DNA of 64,000 nucleotides from Hemiscyllium ocellatum (GCF_020745735.1 NW_026867453.1:62001-126000), one strand, 5' to 3'; shown: positions 49,451 to 62,485, numbered from the stretch's first letter. The notes: a model not told the origin generated them from the sequence alone. Translations and numbers: made by a program.

Positions 49451-50854
49451 AGGGAAAATGGCTGCCAGAACCTGTTTGAAATATCCCCAAATCTCTCACT
49501 GAAAGCCCCCTCTCCGCCCAAGTCCCAGCTCATCCAGTCAGCTCCCAGCTCCCTCTACCCAGGGCATACATCCCCCAGGGATGGAGCACAGCCAGAGCCA
49601 CCTCAGTGGGATTAGACGGGGGAGGGAGGGAGGAGGTGTGAGAGAATGCAGCAGGGAAACAGTTTCATCCAGTCTGCCTTTGTATACTCCTACTTTGCAT
49701 TTTATTGTCTTGGAATAAAAAACAAATATATTTTCAAACTGATCAAATTCCTTTTGTCTGTGGTTTCCTATTGATCAATGTGACAAATCTCAACTTGCAA
49801 TTGTCAGGAATCTAACCCAGTTCACCTGTTTGGAAGACAGCTACACTAACCAGGATAGCAGCATCACTGTGCACTTTAACACAGCACAGTCCCCAAACAT
49901 AGTTAAAAAGACCTTTATCATAACAAATCAAACAGAGTTCATATTGATTCACTGAAAGTGATATTCGGTCAGGGGACGATAGCTTATATGAAGAGGTAGA
50001 TTTGAAGGAGCATCTGAAACCGGAGAGGGAGCTGGGTCATTGGGTGGGTGCAGAGAGGGAGTCCAGAAATCCCTCTGGTTGGGCTTGGATTCCCCCGGCA
50101 ACGCATCAGCTGGTTCATGGGAAGGAACAAGTAAAGAAACGGGATGATGTCAGAGAACTGGTTTAGTCCAGACTGCCTTTGTCTCCTCCTGCTTTGCATT
50201 TTATTGTTTGAGAATGAAAGCCACATGTATTCACAAACTGATCCAATTCCTTTGCTCTTTGGGTTTGACTGTTGATCAATGTGAAAATCTCAAAGTGCGA
50301 TTGCCAGGAACCAACACGAGGAATTGAATGAAAACAAAGTAAATTATTGTTGAAAATAAAGGTGCAATCAAAAGACACAGAATCTTTACAATATTTTATT
50401 TCCTTTTTCAACAGGAAACTTATCGTTTTTTAAAAAACTTGCCCAGATGTGTTGCTCAGAGAATTCAGTGAGGAAAAGTGGCCAGGAGCCTGTCATTGCA
50501 TTTCCCTCTCTCCTGCAGTGAACGATTACACCTTCCTCCATATCATTTATTTTTCTAACCTTTTCACTCACTGAGAATGGATTACTTGGGATAAATGTAG
50601 CTTTTGTGTATATTTAATTCCTCTTTTGGTTTTACTTTTGTTCCTCCACTTCCTGCTAATTGTTGCTGATTACTAACAGCACTTTACACTGGCTTTACAT
50701 CTCCAGTCTCTGTCATTTTGCCCCTTAGATGGAGTCATTCCTTGACCATTGGGAAAGGAGAGTTATCATGTTGCTGCTCCTCCTTCTCCTTTCGGTCCAT
50801 TCCTCACGTGGACTCCTCCTTCCGTTATCTGCTGCACCTAATGTTGGCTCTCAG

Positions 50855-51741
50855 TTACTTGGATTGATTCACCAATTCAATTATTGTTCTAACTGGATAT
50901 GACATGGTATACTTTAACTGGTCTCTGAAATGTTTCTGTGTCACCACATAAATAAGTGCATTTGTGCAGCAACTTAAGTTCCTCAGCATATATCCAATCT
51001 GAACAAAGAGACCAAAAGAAACAGAATCCAAGGAATAACCAGCATTAAAGAAATATAAAATATGCAACAACCAGAGAAGTATGAAGCTGGCAGATATGGC
51101 AAAGAGTAAAATCACAGAATTCTTCCTGCTCTCTACCTCTGGATCATTCTCTGTTTTTCTCTGACCTCCCAGTTCCTTCCGCACCTTAATGGCCTCGAAG
51201 ATGTGTCTGACAGTCAGAATGTTGATAAAGACAATAAAAGTGAATGGGAACATTGGTGTTAAAAAAGTCTCAAAATATCTAAAACCTATCCACCGAGGGT
51301 CGTCATAATAACCAGGCCTGATATAACAGTACCATGGAACATTGTTGATCATCTTTCCAGGGTAATACACAAAGGAGTTGGGTATGTTCTTTAAATAAAA
51401 GAAGATGCAGATTGTTGCTAGAACCCCGGTTGCAGTTTTTCCTGTGCAGTACTTCGTTTTCATCTCATGTAAACAAATGGCGACAAATCGATCAAAGGAA
51501 AAAGCAATGGTGAACCATGCAGAACAATCAATGGTCAAGCGGTTGAGGGCATAGATAACACCACAAACAGGAGTGATTTGCAGGAAACACAGTGGATAAT
51601 AATACTGTCGAAATCGGTGAAGGATGATATAAAAAACAATGAACAGTAGATCTGACGTTGTCATGGCCACAAGATAACGAGTGCTGCACGTAGAAAGACC
51701 ACATTTGCCCCGAGCTAAGATTACAATCACCACGAGACTAA
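50855..51741 (-). CDS. Class A GPCR, GPR139-like family, copy 2, exon 2
   Basis: Open 292-aa frame paralogous to 23682-24560. AG acceptor at 51742-51743. Confidence 0.92.
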
Positions 51742-52544
51742 CTGTAAGAGAAAGGAAAAAATAGATTTGAAGTTAATAATGAAACATTCTCGGTGCCTGA
51801 GCCCAGACTGTAAGTAATGACACAAAGGTAATTGCTATTCCATGTTATATGAAGTTTAAAGAATCTCTCTCAATGAATCATTTGCTCTTTTAAAGGTCAT
51901 AGGGAAGAACATGAGCAGCAGATTACTCACAGAAACACGGTCATATACTCAGGATGTTTTTGGGTCAGCAGCAGTCGATTTCACCAGCTCCTCAGATGCA
52001 ACCTTGCCTGCTGTGCCTTTTCCAGCACATCGCCCTATCAGCAGTCCCCATTATTTCCTAATTCCTAATGACCTGCTGAACCCACCCATTGCCCTGTTGT
52101 CTCTGGGCTCCCATTTGAAGTGAGCTGTCTGATCAAGACCCACCAACACAATCCCTTTCCATCAAGGAATGGGAAACACCAGGTGTCACTGCGAGGTGGG
52201 TTGTTACAAAACCCATCTGACTGATAGCAGGCTGTGAACTACCCCAGAGAGAGGGTGGTCTTCCGAAACCCTTTCTAGACCAGCCAGGGCTGGTGTTCAG
52301 TCAAACCCCATCAATGTGGCCTCAGTATAAACCCATTCTGCACAGTATAGGGAAACACACAATGCTGCACATTACTGAGGAGCCTCCGAACTGACAAACT
52401 ATTCACTTTAAACTCAGTCAGTGAGACACTATTGTCTGACAGTGGGATTTGCCTTGCTGAATGGAAATATAATAATTTATCAGTTATCTGTAGAAAGAAG
52501 GATGATTCAATGCAGTGGTTTATATAAGTTGTTCCAACTCTTAC

Positions 52545-52611
52545 CAGGAACACCAACAACAACAAGGATGGTCTCGTACACTCTACCGATCTTTTCCCTG
52601 AGAAGATGCAT
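52545..52611 (-). CDS. GPCR copy 2 exon 1 (MHLLREKIGRVYETILVVVGVP, phase 1)
   Basis: ATG at 52611, 67 nt, GTAAGA donor, 803-bp intron. The spliced product is 317 aa. Confidence 0.9.
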
Positions 52612-53329
52612 TTCGTTGTTTGTGACACAACCTTTCCTTTCCTGCTGCTGGCAATCTGTTGGAATTGTAGAATTCTCTCAGAGATGGAGCTGACACAGTT
52701 CCAGAGACTTTGTTTTATATTGTGTGGTATCTCCACTGGGAAACCATGATTATATCTTCAAACTTTTTAATGCATTTTGAACAAACAAGTTATGACAGCA
52801 GGTTTATTTTAATGATGTGATAGCATTGAGATTTACAGCTATATTTGAATACCCCAAAGGCTGGATTGATCTGATCCTGTTAAGTCTCAAACATTCATGC
52901 TTTCAAGTAACAATACTTGCAATATTTCACTCACTATCAATCCTATCAATATCTAAATACCTTTTCATATTCTTTTCAGTGATGACCTTCATTCTGCTGA
53001 TGTTATTCAGTTGTTCAATGCCTCATGCTGTTTAAGTTTTTGAGAGCTGTTCTCCTGCACACTGTTATCCCACAGCTTTCCTTGTTAATTCAGTTACATG
53101 ACTGATTTGGGAAATTCTCTCTGTGAATGAGTACTCTAATACAGAACCTGAAGCTGATACTGACTGCACCAACAGCTGGAACTTCCACTCGGTCACATTT
53201 TCTCAAAACAAACACAAAAATAATCAGAACCTTACATTCAAATTAATAGAGTGATGGCATCATACAGGACAGAGATGGCCCTTCGCTCCATCGAGTCTGT
53301 ACCTCTAAACTCTCACTCAAAGCTACACA

Positions 53330-55245
53330 GGGCTGGACAATGGGAAGCCTTCAAACATGAGATAATGAGAGTCCAGACCCAGTATGTTCCTGTTCGGGTG
53401 AAAGGCAAGGCTGGTAGGTGCAGGGAATACTGGATGACTTGAGAAATTGAGGTTTTATTTGAGAAAAAGAAGGAAGCATATGTCAGGTATAGGCAGCAGA
53501 AATCAAGTGAATCCTGAGAAGAGTATAAATGCAGTAGGAATATACTTAAGGGAATCAGGAGGGCAAAAACAGAACATGAGATAGCACTAGCAAATCGGGT
53601 TAAGGAGAATCCAAACAGATTCAATAAATACATTAAGGATAAAAGATTAACTGGGGAGACAGAGCCCCTCAAAGGTCAGCAAGGCAGCCTATGTGTGGAA
53701 CCACAGGAGATGGGGAGATACTAAATAAATATTTTGCATCAGTGTTTACTGTGGAGAAGGTCATGTAAGATATAGAATGTGGGGAAAGAGATGGTGACAT
53801 CTTAAAAAATGTTCATGTTACAGTGGACATCTCAAAATGCATAAAGATGGATAAATCCCAGGACCTGATCAGGTGTACCCTAGAAATCAGTGAGAAGCAA
53901 GTAAAGTGATTGCTGGGCCTCTTGCTGAGATATTTGTATCATCGATATTCATAGGTGAGGTGCTGGAAGGCTGAATGTTGACTAAGGGGTGCTACTATTT
54001 AAGAAAGGTGGTAAGGAAAAGCCAGGGATCTATAGATGAGTGAGCCTGATTGATGGTGGAAAAGTTGATGGAGGTAATCCTCAGGGATAGGGTTTACATA
54101 TATTTGGAAAGGTGAGGATTGTTTAGGGGCAATCAGCATGACTCTGTGCGTTTGAAGAGGATTGATGAGGGCAGAGCAGTGGCTGTGATCCACATGAACT
54201 TCAGTGAGGCATTCAACAAGGGTCTTCATGGTGGACTGGTTAGCAAGGTTAGATATCATGGAATGCAGAGAGAACTAGCTATTTGGATGGAGAACTGGCT
54301 GAAAGATAGCAGACAGAAGTTGGTGATGGAGGGTTGCTTTTCAGACTGGAGGCCTGGATCCATGGTGTGCCTAAAGGATCACTGCTGGGTCCATTGTTTT
54401 TCATCATTTCCACAAATGATTTGGATGTGAAAATAGCAGGTATAGTTCGTAAGTTTGCAGATGACACCAACATTGGAGGTTACCTCAGAGTACACAGGAT
54501 CTTGTTCAGATGGGTCAATAGGCCAAGGAGTGGCAGATGGAGTTTAATTTAGATAAATGTGAGGTGCTATATTTTGAAAAGACAAATCAGAGCAGGAGTT
54601 ATACACTAATGGGTTTGTTGCTGAACAAAGAGACCTTGGAGCGCAGGTTCATAGTTCTTTGAAAGTCACAGGCAGCTAGGAGAGTGAAGAAGGTGTTTGG
54701 TTTACATTCCTTTATTGGTCAGTGCATTGACTATAATAGTTGATAGGTCATGTTACATCTGTACGGGACATTGATTAGGCCACTTTTGGAATGCTGCATG
54801 CAAATCTGGTTTCCCTTCTATCGGAAGGATGTTGTAAAACTTGAAAGGGTTCAGAAAAGATTTACAAGGATGTTGCCAGGGTTGGAAGATTTGAGCTGTA
54901 GGGAGAGGGTGAATAGGCTGAGGTTGCTTTCCCTGGAGCATCGGAGGCTGAGGGTTGACCTTATAGAGGTTTATAAAATCATGAGGGGCTTGGACAGGGA
55001 GAAATTTAAAAGGGACCTAAGGGGTAACTTGTTCTTGCAGAGGGTGGTGCGTGTATGGAATGAGCAAACAGAGGAAGTGGTGGAGCCTGGTACAATTGCA
55101 ACATTTAAAAGGCATCCAGAAAGGTATACAAACAATAAGGGTTTAGTGTGGGCCAAGTGCTGGCAAATGGGATGTGATTAACTGAGAATACCTGGATGAG
55201 TTGGACCAAAGGGACTGTTTCTGTGTTGTATATTTCTATGATTCT
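53330..55245 (+). mobile_element. Degenerate CR1 LINE (linker, RT, 3' end)
   Basis: AVAVIHMNFSEAFNK, PKGSLLGPLFFII.TNDL...RKFADDT and LYGTLIRPLLECC. The tail runs into a CT/CA microsatellite. Confidence 0.85.
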
Positions 55246-55798
55246 ATCTCTCTCTCTCCCTCTCCACTTCTCTCTCTCTCTCTCTGTCTCACACACACAC
55301 ACACACACAAGATATACATCACACACATGTAAATAATGTTTCTGCCTTTCTATGTGATACTTTCTTTTGTGTGGGAAAACAATTTACTCTGCTCATCTAT
55401 ATATCCTTTAAACAGTGTACGAAGCGAAGTCACGAACCGATCTCAATCAGGACCAGATTGGGTGATCTCACAATTGTTCAGCTAGGATTCAAGTTCATGG
55501 AGTTGACAGCCCTCACTCAGTCTGTCTGTGTTCCCATTTTTTTGGAACCAAATAGAGACAAAATAACATTACACTCAATGATTAAATAATAAATCTTAAA
55601 CCTCTATTTCAATATTGGTACAGAAATGTCAGGTTGGCTTCTGAATCAACCAGGAGGCCAGCCATCAAACTGGCTCATATTCAGATACTTCCCAACGATT
55701 ATCCTGGACCCGGGGTGAATCCTATCAATGACAGGTGTCAAAACTTCAATTTAATAAACATGTGCAATTATGACAGTAATGTTGACCACAAAATCCTT

Positions 55799-57786
55799 AG
55801 GTGAAAACAGTTACTGCAGATGCTGGAAACCAGATTGTGGATTAGTGGTGCTGGAAGAGCACAGCAGTTCAGGCAGCATCAGAGGAGCAGTAAAATCGAC
55901 GTTTCGGGCAAAAGTCCTTCATCATGAATACAGGCAGAGTGCCTGAAGGGTGGAGAGATAAGCTAGAGGAGGGTGGGGGTGGGGAGAAAGTAGCATAGAG
56001 TGCAATAGGTGAGTGGGGGAGAGGATGAAGGTGATGGGTCGCAGGGGGAGGGTAGAGTGGATAGGTGGAAAAGGAGATAGGCAGGTAGGACAAGTCAGGA
56101 CAGGTCATGGGGACAGTGCTGAGCTGGAAGTTTGGAACTAGGGTGAGGTGGGGGAAGGGGAAATGAGGAAAATGTTGAAGTGTTCCAAGTCGGAAGATGA
56201 GGCGTTCTTCCTACAGGCAGCTTGGTGAAGGATCAGCTGTGAAGGAGGCCCAGGACCTCCATGTCCTTGGCAGAGTGGGAGGGTGTGTTGAAATATTTGG
56301 CCACAGAGTGGTGTGGGTGTCCCGGAGATGTTCCCTAAAGCGCTCTGCTAGGAGGTGGCCAGTCTCCCCAATGTAGAGGAGACCGCATTGGGAGCAACGG
56401 ATACAATAAATGATATTGGTGGATGTGCAGGTAAATCTTTGATGGATGTGGAAGGCTCCTTTTAGGGCCTTGGATGGAGGTGAGGGAGGAGGTGTGGGCG
56501 CAGGTTTTGCAATTCCTGTGGTGGCAGGGGAAGGTGCCAGAATGGGAGGGTGGGTTGAAGGGGGGCGTGGACCTGACCAGGTAGTCATGGAGGGAACATT
56601 CTTTGTGGAAGGCGGAAAGAGGTGGGAAGAAAATATATCCCTGGTGGTGGGGTCCACTTGGAGGTGGCGGAAATGTCGGCGGATGATTTGGTTTATACCA
56701 AGGTTGGTGGGATGGAAGGTGAGTACCAGGGACATTCTGTTCTTGTTACAGTTGGAGGGGTGGGGTCTGAGGGTAGAGGTGCGAGATGTGGACGAGATTC
56801 ATTGGAGGGCATCTTTAACCACGTGGGAAGGGAAATTGCGATCTCTAAAGAAGGAGGCCATCTGGTATGTTCTGTGGTGGAACTGGTCCTCCTGGAACTA
56901 GGTACGGCGGAGGCGGAGGAATTGGGAATACAAGATCGCATTTTTGCAGGAGGTAGGGTGGGAAGAGGTGTAATCCAGGTAGCTGCGGGAGTCAGTGGGT
57001 TTGTAAAAAATGTCGATATCAAGTCGGTTATCATTAATGGAGATGGAGAGGTCCAGGAAGGGGGGGAGGTGTTAGACATGGTCCAGGTAAATTTAAGGTC
57101 AGGGTGGAATGTGTTGGTGAAGTTGATGAATTGCTCAACCTCCTCGCGAGAGCACGAGGTGGCGCCATGCGGTCATCAATGTAGCGGAGGAAGAGGTGGG
57201 GAGTGGTGCCGGTGTAATTACAGAAGATCGACTGTTCTACGTAGCCAACAAAGAGACAGGCATAGCTGGGGCCCATACGGGTTCCCATGGCTTCCTCTTT
57301 GGCCTGGACAAAGTGGGAGGATTCGAAGGAGAAACTGTTAAGGGTGAGGACCAGTTCAGCCAAACGATTCATCTCCCAGACCATACAGAACCTCATCTCC
57401 CACCCACAGCTTCGAACCTCATAGTCCGGGAATCCCACACTGTCCAGTTCTACCTCCTTCCCAAGATCCACAAGCCTGACCACTCTGGCCAACCCATTGT
57501 CTCAGCATGCTCCTGCCCCACTGAACTCATTTCTACCTACCTTGACACTGTCCTATCCCCCCTAGTCCAGGAACTCCCCACATACGTTCGAGACACCATC
57601 CATGCCCTCCACCTCCTCTAAGACTTCCTTTTCCCCGGCCCCCAACGCCTCATCTTCACCATGGATATCCAATCCCTCTACACCTCCATCCACCATGACT
57701 AGGGCCTCCAAGCCCTCCGTTTCTTCCTCTCCCGACGTCCCCAACAGTACCCTTCCACCGACACTCTCATTTGTTTGGCTGAACTG
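55799..57786 (-). mobile_element. Penelope-like element with an inverted 5' segment (minus 55799-57367, plus 57368-57786)
   Basis: Minus strand: [11 protein letters not shown]...[21 protein letters not shown]...FLRYIDD, and HQRFTCTSTNIIYCIRCSQCGLLYIGETG..LAERFREH (GIY-YIG), with a terminal repeat and decayed hammerhead at 55898-55925. Plus strand: [27 protein letters not shown]...TMDIQSLYTSI...LICLAEL. Confidence 0.88.
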
Positions 57787-58219
57787 TCTACCTCTAGGGT
57801 GGACAGTGAGAACCTTTTTCCTTGGATGGAGATGGGCGGTACGAGGGGACAGAGCTTTAATGTCAGAGGTAGTTTCCTTACTCAGAGAGTAGTCGGGGCA
57901 TGGAACACACTGCCTGCAACAGTAGCAGACTTGCCAACACCTATGACCACTACCTTCCTAAAGCCAAAGGCAGTAGATGTATGAGAACACCATGACCTGC
58001 ATGTTCCCTTCCAAGCCACTCACCATCCTGACTTGGGTATATATTCCTTCAGTAAAGTCGCCATAGTCCCAGGGGACCAAGGACTGCTCTCTCATTAGTG
58101 AGAAACAACTGGCCGTGAGTTTCATCTGAGGGCACCGAGCCTCAGGGGAACAGTAAGGTTGGGAAGGTAGGACCTTCATGATGATCTCAGCCAGTGTGGG
58201 GATTGAACCCGTGATGTCA

Positions 58220-61200
58220 ACATAGAACATACTATAATACTGCATAGTATAGGCCCTTCAGCCCTCGATGTTGTGCTGACCATTTATCTGACTCTATTGT
58301 TCTCTCCTCTATGTGCCTATCCAAGAGTCGCTTAAATTGCACAAGATACGGAGGCATGGGATTGAGGGTGTATCAGCAGTTTGGATCAGAAGTTGGCTCA
58401 TTGAAAGAAGACAGAAGGTGGCGGCTGATGGGAAATATCCACCCTGGAGTTCGTTACTAGTGGTGTATCACAAGGATCTGTTTTGGGTCCACTGCTGTTT
58501 GTCATTTTTATAAATGACCTAGATGAGGGTCTAGAAGGATGGGTTAGTACATTTGTGGATGACAATAAGGTTGGTGGAGTTGTGGATAGGGATGAAGAAT
58601 GGTGCAGTCTACAGAGGGACATAGATAAGCTGCAGAGCTGGGCTGAGAGGTGGCAAATGGAACTTAATGTGGAAAAGTGTGAGGTGATTCACTTTGGAAG
58701 GAGGAACAGGAATACAGCGTACTGGGCTAATGGTAAGATTCTTGGTCGTGTAGATAAGCAGAGAGATCTCAGCGTCCAGGTACATAGATCTCTGAAAGTT
58801 GCCACCCAGTTTGATGAGGTTGAGGCACTTTTCATTCGAGAGAAGAAGGCTGAGAGATGGCGTAACTGTGAGATACAGATAACCAGAGAGTTAGATAGGG
58901 TGGACAGTGAGAGCGTTTTCCTCGGATGGTGATGGCTGGCACAAGGGGACAAAGCTTTAAATTGAGAGATGATAGATATAGGACAGATGTCAGAGGTATA
59001 CACAGAGTGTAGTAGGGGCATGGAACACACTGCCTGAAACTGTAGTAGACACCGACTTTCAGGGCATTTAAATGGTCATTGGATAATCATATGGACAAAA
59101 ATGGAATAGTGCAGGATAAATGGGTTTCAGATTATTTCAACAATAAGGGCTGAAGGGTCTGTACTGTGTTGTCATGTTTATGTTCTATATTCTAATTGTT
59201 CCTAATCTATCTGACTCTGCTACCACTGCTGGTACTGTATTCCACACACCCACCACTGTCTGTGTTACGAACCTACATCTGACATCTCCCCTAAAAGTTC
59301 CTCTAATCACTTTAAATTGATACCCCCCTCATGATGACCATTTCCGCCCAGGGAAAAAGTCTCTGTCTATTCCCTCTGTCTGTGTCTCTCATCACCTTGT
59401 ACACCTCCATCAAGTCAGCTCTCATCCTTCTACACTGCAGTGAGAAAAACCCTCGCGCTCTCAACCTTCCTTCATAAGACATGCCCTCCGGTCCAGGCAG
59501 CGCCCTCTCTAAAGCTCCCACATCCTTCCTATAATGAGGCAACCAGAACTGAACACAATATTCCAAGTGTCGTCTAAGCAGGGTTCTATAGAGCTGCAGC
59601 ATAACCTCACGGCTCTTGGACTCCATCCCTCTGCTAATGAAAGCAAGCATGCTATAAGTTGCCTCAACAAATTTGGGGGGCACTGGGTGACTTTGAGGGA
59701 TCAAAGGGCATGGACCCCAAGATCCCTCTGTTCCTCCACACTGCCAAGAATCCTGCCTTTAAACCCGCATTCTGCATTTCAATTTGACCTTCCAAAATGA
59801 ATCACTTTACGCTTTTCCAGGTTGAACTCCATCTGACACTTATAAGCCCAGTCCTGCATCCTGTCAATGTCCCGTTGCAACCTTGAGCAGTCCCAGAACC
59901 GATCCCTGCGGAACATCACTGGTCACCAAGCTCCAGGCTGAATACTTCCCATCTACTACCAGCCTCTGTCTTCTATGGATGAGCCTACTCTGTGTCCAGA
60001 CAACCAAATCTCCCAGTATCCTATGTCTCCTTACTTTCTGAATGAGCCTACCATGGAGAACCTTATCGAATGCCTTGCTAAAATCCATACGCATCCCATC
60101 CATTGCTCTACTTTCCTCAGTGCATTTTGTCACATCTTCAAAGGATTCAATAAGGTTTATGAGGCATGACCTGCCCTCACAAAGCCATTCTGACTATCTT
60201 TAACCAAGCTATGGTTTTCCAAGTAAGCATAAATCCTGTGTCTCAGAATCCTCTCCAATAATTTGCCCAATACAAGTAAAACTGACTGGTCTGTAATTCC
60301 TAAGATTACCCTATTCCCTTTCTTGAACAAGGGAATAACATTTGCCACCCTCCAATTATTTGGCACTACTCCAGTGGACAGTGAGGACCCAAAGATCATC
60401 GTTAAAGGCACAGCAATCTCTTCCCTCGCTTCCTGTAGTAACCTTGCGTATATTCCTTCCTGCCGGGGGTGGAGTTAGTTATCCTTAAAACTTTCAGCGC
60501 ATCCTCCTTTTTAACACCAACCTGTTTGAGCATGTCAGCCTGTTTTATGCTGTCCTCACAAACATCAAGTTCCCTCTCAGTAATGAATAATGAAGCAAAG
60601 TATTCATTGAGGACCAACACTACCTCCTCCTCCGACTCCAGGCACAAGTTCCCTCCACTGTCCCTGATTGGCCCTACCCTCACTCTGACCATCCTCTTGT
60701 TCCTCACATCAGTGTAGAACGCCTTGGGGTTTTCCTTCATCCTGCCTCCTAAAACCTTTACATGCACCCTCCTAGATCTCCTAAGTCCATTCTTCAGTTC
60801 CTTCCTGGCTACCTTGTAACTCTCTAGAGCCCTGTCTGATGCTTGCCCCCTTAACCTTAAGTAAGCTTCCTTCTTCCTCTTGACTAGATGTTCCACATCC
60901 CTTATTACCCAAGGTTCTTTCAACCTACCATCCCTTCCTTACCTCAGTGGGACAAACCTGTCCTCCTAAACAACCTCCACATTTCTGTTGAGCATTTCCC
61001 TGAGAACATCTGTTCCCAATTTAGATGCCCCAGTTCTGCCTAATAGCATTGTAATTCCCCCTCCCCCAATTAAATACTTTCCCAGACCATCTGCTCCTAT
61101 CCCTCTCCATGAGTATTGTGAAGGTCATGGAGTTGTGATCATTATCACCGAAATGCTCTCCTACTGAGAGATCTGATACTTGGCGTGGTTTGTTGCCAAG

Positions 61201-61775
61201 CACCAAATCCAATATTGGATGTTGGTGTCACTCTACATCACAAACCACACATCCAGCCCCCACTGCTGCAGGGGGTCGGTTAGCACAGTTGGCTGGATGG
61301 CTGATATGAGATGTAGAGAGGTGAGGTGGTTCTTTAGCCATCAGTTGTCTCTCTTCCTCTCTCCAAGACAGAACAGCCTTTTGAATTGTGCAATTCCTTC
61401 AGTATTCCTCTGTCACAATCCTAGAGAGAAGGCTGAGAGGCGACTTCATTGAGACATACAAGATAATCAGGGGGTTCAATAGGGTGGACAGAGAGAGCCT
61501 TTTTCCTCGGATGGTGATGGCTTGCATGAGGGGACATAGCTTTAAATTGAGGGGTGATAGATACAGGACAGATGTCAGAGGAGTTAGGGCATGGAATGCC
61601 CTGTCTACAACAGTTAGAGACTCACCAACCTGAAGGGCATTTGAATAGTGTTTGGATAAACATATGGATGAAAATGGAATAGTATTGGATCGATGGGCTT
61701 CAGATTGATTCCACAGGTCGGTGCAACATCGAGGGCCGAAGGGCCTGTACTGTGCTGTAATGTGCGATGTTCTAT
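58220..61775. mobile_element. Cluster of CR1 fragments in alternating orientation (+ ~58326-59190, - ~59195-61200, + ~61420-61775)
   Basis: GPLLFVIFINDLDEG...TFVDD (+), MDFSKAFDKVLHG..PQGSVLG (-), and 3' UTRs with ttcta tails. Confidence 0.82.
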
Positions 61776-61779
61776 ATTA

Positions 61780-62135
61780 GTGACCAGTTGATCACTAAAA
61801 GGCTGAAGGGTGAGAGCAAAGGAGAGACCCGCAGAGACCCAGAGATGGAGAGCAGAAGGAAGGCTGTGATTCTGCTCTTCACCATCTCTGGGAGCTTCAC
61901 CCTCCCGTGGTTCATCAATGTTGTAGGTTTGTGATATTATGTCATTCAAGGCATCAATCCTGATGATTACCCACCATTTCTGTTAGTGTTCAGTGTTGTT
62001 GGTTACATGCTGCAGAGGTTACGCTGTTGTACAAACAGATTTATTTATGCAGCAACGCTGTCTACGTTCAGAGAGAAGATCAGTAACACAGTAAAACCTC
62101 TGGCTACACAAATTCATTACCTTCTGAACAAATAA
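61780..62135 (+). pseudogene. GPR139-like GPCR pseudogene fragment (ICL3-TM6-TM7-C-terminus)
   Basis: KRLKGESKGETRRDPEMESRRKAVILLFTISGSFTLPWFINVVGL*YYVIQGINPDDYPPFLLVFSVVGYMLQRLRCCTNRFIYAATLSTFREKISNTVKPLATQIHYLLNK*. Internal TGA at 61932-61934. The 5' part was not found. Confidence 0.85.
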
Positions 62136-62149
62136 AACTCCTCATTGAA

Positions 62150-62480
62150 GCCAAAGGGATGGTCCCATTGTTCCCAGACTGTGGAATGATATTTTTCATT
62201 GACCCATGGGATATGGGCCACACTGGCAGGGCCAGTGTTTTTTGCCCGTCCCTAGTTGCCCCTGGGGAAGGTGATGGTGAGCTGTCTTCTTGAACTCGCT
62301 GCACTCCATGTGATGTAGGTGGACCCACAATGTGTCCCTTAGGGAGGGAATTCCGGGATTTTGACCCAATGACACTGAAGGAACAGCGATATGTTTCCAA
62401 GTCAAGATTGTGAGTGGTTTGGAGGGGAACTTGCAGGGGGTGGTGTTCCCATGTATCTGCTGCCCTTGTCCTAGATGAAA
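62150..62480 (-). mobile_element. RTE-X/L2-like LINE 3' end
   Basis: Reverse complement of the gggaacaccacc..tgcaagttcccctccaaaccactcacaatcttgacttggaaac family. Confidence 0.55.
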
Positions 62481-62485
62481 GTGAT

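Noticed and set aside
55898-55925. Additional hammerhead cores in other Penelope termini (also ~20316, ~25282, ~31795)
   Set aside because: Core or helix II mutations (e.g. AUGAUGA instead of CUGAUGA, loss of GAAA) make them probably inactive.
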